Virus record (IMG/VR): IMGVR_UViG_3300042446_000499
Coordinates: 8,489-72,488 of that record
Direction: 5' to 3' (one strand)
DNA length: 64,000 nucleotides
DNA from: a virus
In this document: one piece after another, positions 58,517-64,000 of the stretch
How the letters are laid out: each line of letters opens with the position of its first letter
Position numbering within the stretch: the first letter of the stretch is position 1
Notes under the pieces: generated by a model
What the model was told of the DNA's origin: nothing
The model's input: the letters and a program-made list of their open reading frames with translations, nothing else
The model's database searches: none
Program-made: the position numbers and the translations under genes

Positions 58517-58762
58517 ATGAACACACTGAAACACATAGAACACTTCAACCCAACCATACGGGGACTCGCTGGTAAGACCATCAAGAGAGTTCGCCACATG
58601 GTAGAAGAAGAAGTCAATGGCATGGGCTGGTACCAACGTGCACACAACAATGCTTACGTCAATACCATCGTTATTGAGTTCACAGACAACACATACGCCA
58701 TCGTCAGTTCAGACCAAGAGGGAAACGATGCAGGACACCTAATTGTAGAGGACTACGAATGA
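58517..58762 (+). CDS. Hypothetical early protein
   Basis: GKTI..VR...S.D.EGN..G motif. Confidence 0.6.
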   Translation: MNTLKHIEHFNPTIRGLAGKTIKRVRHMVEEEVNGMGWYQRAHNNAYVNTIVIEFTDNTYAIVSSDQEGNDAGHLIVEDYE

Positions 58763-58998
58763 GCGACATTATTATTATTGACATGGTGACAGGCACAGTC
58801 CTCAACTATGACCCACAAGTAGTTGTGGTAGACACCGACACACTAGATGACTATGAACAGAAACTATTGGACGAATGGTATGAGTGTGGTAACGACTCTA
58901 TTATTGTTGAGTTAGGCGCTCTTACAGGAACATCCATCACCAAGTACAACACCCCTACCCCTAGCAAGCGCACGTGGTGGGCTAAGGTGAAGTCATGA
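58759..58998 (+). CDS. Hypothetical early protein
   Basis: GAGG RBS; ATGA overlap. Confidence 0.55.
   Translation: MSDIIIIDMVTGTVLNYDPQVVVVDTDTLDDYEQKLLDEWYECGNDSIIVELGALTGTSITKYNTPTPSKRTWWAKVKS
58952..58988 (+). promoter_or_regulatory. C-box promoter (leaderless)
   Basis: Box-20 nt-C-TAAGGT-6 nt-ATG 58995. Confidence 0.85.
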
Positions 58999-59441
58999 GC
59001 AACAACGACATAACAATTACAACACCAAGTGGAACTATCCACATTCAACCACGCACGTGGTCTAGGCACACAACATCCTTTCGCATGAACGTACGCCCAC
59101 GTATCTCTGTGTGGGGTGACGAAGGCGTAGAGACTGTCTTAGATAATCTCAATAATCGCACACGCCGTCCCTATGTTGAGTACAAGAAACACGCACTACG
59201 CATCCTTGCTGAAGCAGGACTAGCATTTGACGGTTCTAGGATGCAATGGAACCAATACGCATACTGCCGTTGCCCATGTTCCCCAGCGTTCGTAGCGCCT
59301 AAGCAACACCTCACATACAACGACATCACATACACACAGTATGACCTTGCTATCAAGATAAATAACCTAGGCAACGTGGACTACACGAAGCAAGGCAGGT
59401 TCTACGATGACCCCCTACCCCTAGCAACAACATCACAATGA
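58995..59441 (+). CDS. Hypothetical protein with a W.Q.A.C.C.CSP motif
   Basis: Leaderless start; ORF track. Confidence 0.65.
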   Translation: MSNNDITITTPSGTIHIQPRTWSRHTTSFRMNVRPRISVWGDEGVETVLDNLNNRTRRPYVEYKKHALRILAEAGLAFDGSRMQWNQYAYCRCPCSPAFVAPKQHLTYNDITYTQYDLAIKINNLGNVDYTKQGRFYDDPLPLATTSQ

Positions 59442-59448
59442 CTAAGAT
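59411..59448 (+). promoter_or_regulatory. C-box promoter (leaderless)
   Basis: Box-20 nt-C-TAAGAT-6 nt-ATG 59455. Confidence 0.85.
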
Positions 59449-59454
59449 AAAGCC

Positions 59455-59697
59455 ATGACAACGATAATCAACCCCAACTCACAAGACCCAATTACACGTA
59501 TCAACGTCATGCGTGTGTTCACATATGACGTGGAAGAGATAGTACGCACCATACACGAAGACAACAGAGGTGATGCTGACATTGAAGTCACTTATGACGA
59601 TGTCATGGAGTACGTGGAAACATTGGTAGAAGACGACTTTCGTAGCAACGGTATGAAAGACCTTATCTTCACAGACCAAGACGGTGACCACCTCTAA
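59455..59697 (+). CDS. Acidic early protein
   Basis: Leaderless start; stop abuts the next box. Confidence 0.65.
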   Translation: MTTIINPNSQDPITRINVMRVFTYDVEEIVRTIHEDNRGDADIEVTYDDVMEYVETLVEDDFRSNGMKDLIFTDQDGDHL

Positions 59698-59734
59698 CCC
59701 CTACCCCATGCACACCACCTCTAACAACTAAGAT
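59698..59734 (+). promoter_or_regulatory. C-box promoter (leaderless)
   Basis: Box-20 nt-C-TAAGAT-6 nt-ATG 59741. Confidence 0.85.
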
Positions 59735-59740
59735 GGCATT

Positions 59741-60133
59741 ATGACAACGACACAAATAACAGAGACAGGCAAGACCAACGACAAGTGCGATGGTTGTAAC
59801 GACTATGACAACGATGCAAAGCATCCACTAACAAAGCGTACGTGGACTCATTATGACTACGATACTGGCTGGGCATATGAAGAGGGCGAGCGTGTAAGAG
59901 GACGTTATTGCCCATCGTGCCTAACATCCATCGTGCTCATTGAGACTTCACACGCTGAGGAAGAAGAGAACGAACAAGAGCCTACGCTAGAAGACTGGGC
60001 AGAACTGGCTTGTCGGTTGGCAATGGGCATGACACGTGCGTTCAGCAACTGGAAAGACGTGTCAAGCGTAACCAAGCGTGAGATGAAAATGCTCACAGAA
60101 CAAATGGGCGAAGACTGGCAACGCAAGTGGTGA
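59741..60133 (+). CDS. Early protein with two CxxC
   Basis: CDGC...CPSC. Confidence 0.65.
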   Translation: MTTTQITETGKTNDKCDGCNDYDNDAKHPLTKRTWTHYDYDTGWAYEEGERVRGRYCPSCLTSIVLIETSHAEEEENEQEPTLEDWAELACRLAMGMTRAFSNWKDVSSVTKREMKMLTEQMGEDWQRKW

Positions 60134-60171
60134 CCCCCTACCCCATGCACACCACCCACAACAACTAAAGT
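60134..60171 (+). promoter_or_regulatory. C-box promoter (leaderless)
   Basis: Box-20 nt-C-TAAAGT-6 nt-ATG 60178. Confidence 0.85.
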
Positions 60172-60177
60172 AGAACT

Positions 60178-60588
60178 ATGAGCAACGACATAACAACCAA
60201 ATACGAACTGACCAACCAATGCACGTGTGACAACGAAGCCGACTACACAAGTTGTTACGGCTATTGTTGGGAGGACAACGTCAATGACTTCTACAACGTC
60301 AATGAGAAGTTTCTCAACAGCAATGACACAGGCTGGTGGAGAGTGACCAACATAGGACTATGGGATGGTAACCATAGCGGATACTTCTACGTTCAACCCA
60401 CAGACAAACCGTGGGTAGAGGCACAGAACATTGTGGCTGGCATGACCGTGAACAGCGACTGGATGATGCGCTACACGCCATACGATGACCGTATTGAGTA
60501 TTCCCTATCGCACCACGACAGCATGGGCAGTAACACTACCCTGACTGCCGTATCAGAGGAAGAGCGTGAGGAACTAGGTCTCTACTGA
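60178..60588 (+). CDS. Hypothetical early protein
   Basis: Leaderless start; GLW.G...G and SHHD motifs. Confidence 0.65.
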   Translation: MSNDITTKYELTNQCTCDNEADYTSCYGYCWEDNVNDFYNVNEKFLNSNDTGWWRVTNIGLWDGNHSGYFYVQPTDKPWVEAQNIVAGMTVNSDWMMRYTPYDDRIEYSLSHHDSMGSNTTLTAVSEEEREELGLY

Positions 60589-60626
60589 CCCCCTACCCCA
60601 CGCAGACAACAACAAGAAAGTAAGAT
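60589..60626 (+). promoter_or_regulatory. C-box promoter (leaderless)
   Basis: Box-20 nt-G-TAAGAT-6 nt-ATG 60633. Confidence 0.85.
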
Positions 60627-60632
60627 AAGAAC

Positions 60633-60860
60633 ATGAACAACGAAACAACAACAACACCACCACGACTAACGGGAATATCTTTCCATGACGTGGAGACATC
60701 ACACATCTCTACTGACGTTAGAGACTTTGGCAACTTTGCTATCGTCACTATCAACATAGGTAAGGCAGACATCTCATTCTTCACTACAAACATTCAAGAG
60801 GCACACTCCATCATGACGGCGCTGAGTAGGTACACCACGCACCAATGCCAAGACCAATAA
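60633..60860 (+). CDS. Small early protein
   Basis: Leaderless start; ORF track. Confidence 0.6.
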   Translation: MNNETTTTPPRLTGISFHDVETSHISTDVRDFGNFAIVTINIGKADISFFTTNIQEAHSIMTALSRYTTHQCQDQ

Positions 60861-60863
60861 AGT

Positions 60864-61110
60864 TCTTAGGGCGATACAAACCCCTAAGACCTCCCACAGC
60901 CGACCTAGAGGTTGTGGGAGGTATGGTAACTAGGTACAGGCAGAATATCGCCTGAGTAAGTCATACGTTAGGGCGTGACGAGAGATATTCACCTAACATC
61001 CCATTTGCTGGCAGGGAGGATAAAGTGTCAGCCTGACAAGTATGGTCAGATAATACGAGGGTGGCAGGTAGAGCCACCAATGGTCACGCAGACGAAGTGT
61101 GAAACATACG
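60864..61110 (+). ncRNA. Candidate structured RNA with tandem pseudoknots
   Basis: No ORF in the track; eight hairpins, four of which have loops complementary to downstream segments. Confidence 0.55.
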
Positions 61111-61115
61111 ACTAT

Positions 61116-61154
61116 CCCCCCTACCCCACGCACGACCACTACAACAACTAAGGT
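61116..61154 (+). promoter_or_regulatory. C-box promoter (leaderless)
   Basis: Box-20 nt-C-TAAGGT-6 nt-ATG 61161. Confidence 0.85.
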
Positions 61155-61160
61155 AAGAGT

Positions 61161-61499
61161 ATGACAACGACAATGACACGCTATGAAGTAAAGATAGAGT
61201 ATTCCCTAATCGTCACAGGCGACTGGGTACGCTTCATGAAGAACAACGATGGTACTCGCCACTGGGCTGGGGAGTACGACACACACAACAACTCCACAGG
61301 CGATGGTGACCTATGGTTCAGGTATGAGAACGGTGACATTCTCACATACGACACAGAGACACTACTACGTGGACTCAGGTTGTATGCACTGGCACACTCA
61401 CAGGAAGAGACACAAGAACTCATACGCATGGAGTCAGACTCACATGAGCGTAACTACGTGTGGCAGTACGGTTTCTTTGGTGACGTGCAATACTCATGA
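61161..61499 (+). CDS. Early protein, paralog of 62580
   Basis: C-terminal V.QY...G.V.Y motif shared with 62580. Confidence 0.65.
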   Translation: MTTTMTRYEVKIEYSLIVTGDWVRFMKNNDGTRHWAGEYDTHNNSTGDGDLWFRYENGDILTYDTETLLRGLRLYALAHSQEETQELIRMESDSHERNYVWQYGFFGDVQYS

Positions 61500-61537
61500 C
61501 CCCCTATCCCACGCACACAACTGACAACGACTAAGGT
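61500..61537 (+). promoter_or_regulatory. C-box promoter variant (CCCCCTATCCC, leaderless)
   Basis: One mismatch in the box; same spacing to TAAGGT and ATG 61544. Confidence 0.8.
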
Positions 61538-61543
61538 ACAGAT

Positions 61544-61918
61544 ATGACAACGAACAAGACCCAAACCCCCAAGATTATCTACGACTACTGCAATGGCGAA
61601 CGTGTAACATTCACGCTCAATAAGAATGCTGGTTACGGCTGGTCTATGGGACGTGCCTACAATACCACTATCGCTGGAGAGCATTGGACTATCGGAGAGG
61701 TGGCAGACGCTGATGAGTATTATGACGACACCACCACCACCTACGGGACACGCTGGGAACTAGACGGCGACAGGTCACGCTACGACAACGGCAACCCCAT
61801 TGACTACGACACATACAACGATTGCCCTGACGATGCTGTGCGCTGGCTGTGCCAATGGCTGGAGGCTCACCCCCCTACCCCATGCACAGGCGACTCAACG
61901 GCTAAGGTGATTGTATGA
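61544..61918 (+). CDS. Acidic early protein
   Basis: Leaderless start; ORF track. Confidence 0.6.
   Translation: MTTNKTQTPKIIYDYCNGERVTFTLNKNAGYGWSMGRAYNTTIAGEHWTIGEVADADEYYDDTTTTYGTRWELDGDRSRYDNGNPIDYDTYNDCPDDAVRWLCQWLEAHPPTPCTGDSTAKVIV
61870..61908 (+). promoter_or_regulatory. C-box promoter (leaderless)
   Basis: Box-20 nt-C-TAAGGT-6 nt-ATG 61915. Confidence 0.85.
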
Positions 61919-62061
61919 ACAACGACAACGACTTCAGCAACGCAATGTCACGGGTACTCGCCTATGGCATTGCACGTATCAACAACATGGACATGACACA
62001 CGAAGAGGCGCTAGAACTCGCTGGTGTGCCCGACACAACAGAGGACGACACACATGACTAA
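61915..62061 (+). CDS. 48-aa early peptide (not in the ORF track)
   Basis: ATG at the predicted +1; hand translation MNNDNDFSNAMSRVLAYG...HD. Confidence 0.6.
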   Translation: MNNDNDFSNAMSRVLAYGIARINNMDMTHEEALELAGVPDTTEDDTHD

Positions 62062-62215
62062 GAAACTCACAGCCACCTGTGGACACCATGACCCACTAGG
62101 GTACTTCACTGTCTTACCATGCCACAAATGCACCGTGAAAGCACATCGCAAGGCGACACACCCCAGCACCCCTACCCCACGCACAACTACCCCGACTGGT
62201 AAAGTGAAGCCATGA
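62054..62215 (+). CDS. Small zinc-binding peptide
   Basis: GAGG RBS, ATG 62054, CGH...CHKC. Confidence 0.5.
   Translation: MTKKLTATCGHHDPLGYFTVLPCHKCTVKAHRKATHPSTPTPRTTTPTGKVKP
62169..62205 (+). promoter_or_regulatory. C-box promoter (leaderless)
   Basis: Box-20 nt-G-TAAAGT-6 nt-ATG 62212. Confidence 0.85.
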
Positions 62216-62535
62216 CAACGACACAGACATTCATTCACATTGCTGACAACGAAGAGGTACAGGCGCTATGCACTGACCACGGAATTGACCACGATGCATT
62301 CATTATCTATTGTGAGAACCATCACATCACCAAAGACTATGAGTCAGAGGTGTCAGGTTTCATGGACTCATACCGTGGATGCTGGCGTAACTTCCTGAAG
62401 TTTGCAGAGCACCTATTTGACGAAACGATGGACGTGCCCGACCACCTAGCGCATTACATTGACTACGAAGCATATGCACGTGACCTCCAGCATGACTACT
62501 GGGAGACCAACGGGTACGTGTTCTTCAACATCTGA
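62212..62535 (+). CDS. ardA: ArdA-like antirestriction protein (C-terminal domains)
   Basis: F.DSY.G.W.....FAE.L......P..L..YIDYEAYARDL......GYVF ArdA signature. Confidence 0.85.
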   Translation: MTTTQTFIHIADNEEVQALCTDHGIDHDAFIIYCENHHITKDYESEVSGFMDSYRGCWRNFLKFAEHLFDETMDVPDHLAHYIDYEAYARDLQHDYWETNGYVFFNI

Positions 62536-62573
62536 CCCCCTACCCCACGCAACGACACACCACACCCTAAGAT
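62536..62573 (+). promoter_or_regulatory. C-box promoter (leaderless)
   Basis: TGA-box-20 nt-C-TAAGAT-6 nt-ATG 62580. Confidence 0.85.
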
Positions 62574-62579
62574 GAGACC

Positions 62580-62972
62580 ATGACAACGACACAACACACC
62601 ACACACCACACAACACTGGCATTGCCAGTACCCACACAGGAACTCATGAGTAGCGTTCTTGGCTCAGGCTGGGACGAGGCTGGCTACGACTGGTGGCGCT
62701 CTGCCCCCATGTATGCATCAGGCTGTGATTGGGATATCACCCCATATGACCCTGACGCTATCTACGTCAAGTTGGCTATTGCTGACCCCAACACCTATGA
62801 CACGGATGAAGATGCCAAGGTAATCATGAAGGCGCTAACAGCCAATGACATCGTGAAAGGTGTGGAGGCTATCCTGAAGCAGTGCCCGTGGGTACGCTGG
62901 GATGACATGGACGCCAGTGACGGCGACATGGTGCTCCAGTACGCCATCCTCGGTGAAGTGACGTACGGATAG
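62580..62972 (+). CDS. Early protein, paralog of 61161
   Basis: DA..GD.VLQYA..GEV.YG C-terminus. Confidence 0.65.
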   Translation: MTTTQHTTHHTTLALPVPTQELMSSVLGSGWDEAGYDWWRSAPMYASGCDWDITPYDPDAIYVKLAIADPNTYDTDEDAKVIMKALTANDIVKGVEAILKQCPWVRWDDMDASDGDMVLQYAILGEVTYG

Positions 62973-62994
62973 CGACACGACACACCACACAGCA

Positions 62995-63032
62995 CCCCCT
63001 ACCCCATGCACGTGGGGAGGGTGGGCTAAGGT
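62995..63032 (+). promoter_or_regulatory. C-box promoter (leadered)
   Basis: Box-20 nt-C-TAAGGT; GAAAGGG RBS before ATG 63072. Confidence 0.8.
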
Positions 63033-63071
63033 GTGGATATCAACCAGCGCCAACTGAAAGGGCACAACGAC

Positions 63072-63344
63072 ATGGACATACATTGCAGGAATTGCGGAGA
63101 ACCTTGGGAGAACGAAACGCTCCATGAGGTGGCACAGGAGATGGGCACCACCTACTCCAAAGTCGCCAAAGACTTCAGCGCCAAAGGGTGCAAAGCCTTT
63201 GATGGCTCCGACTACGAGACCAGCCACTGCACAGCAGACAGCAGAGCAGAGGCACGTGGACTATTGGCAGACTTGCTGGGAGACGACCTAGATGGATATG
63301 CATCCACGATGGACGACCTAGAGTACATGGGATTGCTGGACTAG
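63072..63344 (+). CDS. Small early protein (MDI.C..CGEPW family)
   Basis: CRNCGEPW...GC...LLGDD.DG. Confidence 0.65.
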   Translation: MDIHCRNCGEPWENETLHEVAQEMGTTYSKVAKDFSAKGCKAFDGSDYETSHCTADSRAEARGLLADLLGDDLDGYASTMDDLEYMGLLD

Positions 63345-63359
63345 CGCGGCGACACGCCA

Positions 63360-63396
63360 CCCCTACCCCACGGACACGACACGACACGACTAAGGT
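63360..63396 (+). promoter_or_regulatory. C-box promoter (leaderless)
   Basis: Box-20 nt-C-TAAGGT-6 nt-ATG 63403. Confidence 0.85.
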
Positions 63397-63402
63397 GAAG
63401 AC

Positions 63403-64000
63403 ATGAACAACGACACGACAACACACAACACGACACGCCACTACTACATGGGTGGATACTCACTAGGTCACCATGTATGGGTGGCTGGGGAGTATTACCT
63501 AGATGTGGCTGGGAAACTGGCTGATGCTGGCTCTATGGAATTGGCTGGGCAGATGCTCCGTCAGGCTGAAGAGTCATATGCATGGGCGAATGCTTTACAG
63601 TCGGGAACCTTCCTAGAGGTGGGCGAGGATATGGTGGGCGTACGCATAGATACGCTGGATGCATGGATGCCTACTGAGCGTGTAGCAATACTGAATGCAC
63701 GTGTACGTGGTGAAACCCTGCCCCCATCCCCCTCACGTGAGCACGTGGAACTTGGTAGCCCTGAGAATGTTTCACGTGAAACATCTAGTTGCACAGTACA
63801 AGTAAATGCGGCGCCGACCCCCTACCCCATGGAGACCCCCCCTAGCGCCTACGATGGAGTTATGGAAACAACCACCACCACAGCAACAGCCATCAGCGAC
63901 ATTGTCGCCCAACTCATCACACTCATTTCCTCTCAGGTGCTCTCACAGGTCACCAGCGAGATTGAGAGCATCTGCGAAGGCATCATTGAGAATGGAGACT
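63403..64000 (+). CDS. Early ORF open to the window edge, with an internal in-frame leaderless start at 63862
   Basis: Hand translation shows no stop from 63403; 63862 minus 63403 is a multiple of 3. Confidence 0.5.
   Translation, partial: MNNDTTTHNTTRHYYMGGYSLGHHVWVAGEYYLDVAGKLADAGSMELAGQMLRQAEESYAWANALQSGTFLEVGEDMVGVRIDTLDAWMPTERVAILNARVRGETLPPSPSREHVELGSPENVSRETSSCTVQVNAAPTPYPMETPPSAYDGVMETTTTTATAISDIVAQLITLISSQVLSQVTSEIESICEGIIENGD
63768..63783. other. parS: parS centromere-like site (chromosomal ParB/Spo0J consensus)
   Basis: Perfect 16-bp palindrome TGTTTCACGTGAAACA. Confidence 0.85.
63818..63855 (+). promoter_or_regulatory. C-box promoter (leaderless)
   Basis: Box-20 nt-C-TACGAT-6 nt-ATG 63862. 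Confidence 0.8.

Noticed and set aside
60864-61110. tmRNA or hammerhead ribozyme
   Set aside because: Four pseudoknots recall tmRNA, but no tRNA-like acceptor or T arm is present. CTGAGTAA...GAGA deviates from the hammerhead CUGANGA...GAAA core.
63372-63390. GACAC tandem repeats in promoter spacers as WhiA sites
   Set aside because: GACAC occurs in only a few spacers at variable positions and is expected from the strong A/C bias of the region.
55668-63855. Repeat array read as CRISPR or integron attC sites
   Set aside because: The repeats are about 10-15 bp, non-palindromic, separated by 280-970 bp of coding DNA, and have fixed -10/ATG geometry. There is no cas operon, no integron integrase and no RYYYAAC/GTTRRRY ends.

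Overview
The window is a 64-kb piece of a tailed dsDNA phage genome with a contractile tail. The host is most likely actinobacterial, judging from two WhiB genes, an Rpf-like lysozyme and many leaderless TANNNT promoters. From memory, the capsid and portal resemble Bxz1/E3-type actinobacterial myoviruses; no search was run. Layout: head, tail and baseplate genes (1.6-23.3 kb); a short reverse-strand Dps cluster; a replication/recombination module (HTH initiator with an internal iteron origin, DnaC-like loader, DnaB, primase, SNF2 helicase, SSB, Pol A, RecA, Cas4-like nuclease, resolvases; 25.5-39.5 kb); a translationally coupled operon of small and low-complexity proteins starting with SpoVS (39.6-44.3 kb); accessory enzymes (TGT-like, RmlB, HAD, WhiB, Rpf-like, glycosyltransferase); and an early/host-takeover island from about 51.5 kb to the end. 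The most striking structure is that island, an array of small gene cassettes. 21 copies of a rigidly spaced element, CCCCTACCCC-WNGSA-N15-S-TANNNT-N6-start, precede the genes, and 17 of them put a start codon at the expected +1 (leaderless). The island also holds an ArdA gene, a roughly 250-nt non-coding stretch that can fold into four tandem H-type pseudoknots, and a perfect chromosomal-type parS site. Other notable signals: a textbook -1 frameshift cassette at the end of a 497-aa disordered protein, a +1/-2 frameshift in the tail chaperone, and an origin whose iteron half-site (CTACCC) matches the promoter-box core. No terminase large subunit, integrase, tRNA or CRISPR array was recognised. 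All product calls come from motif reading only.
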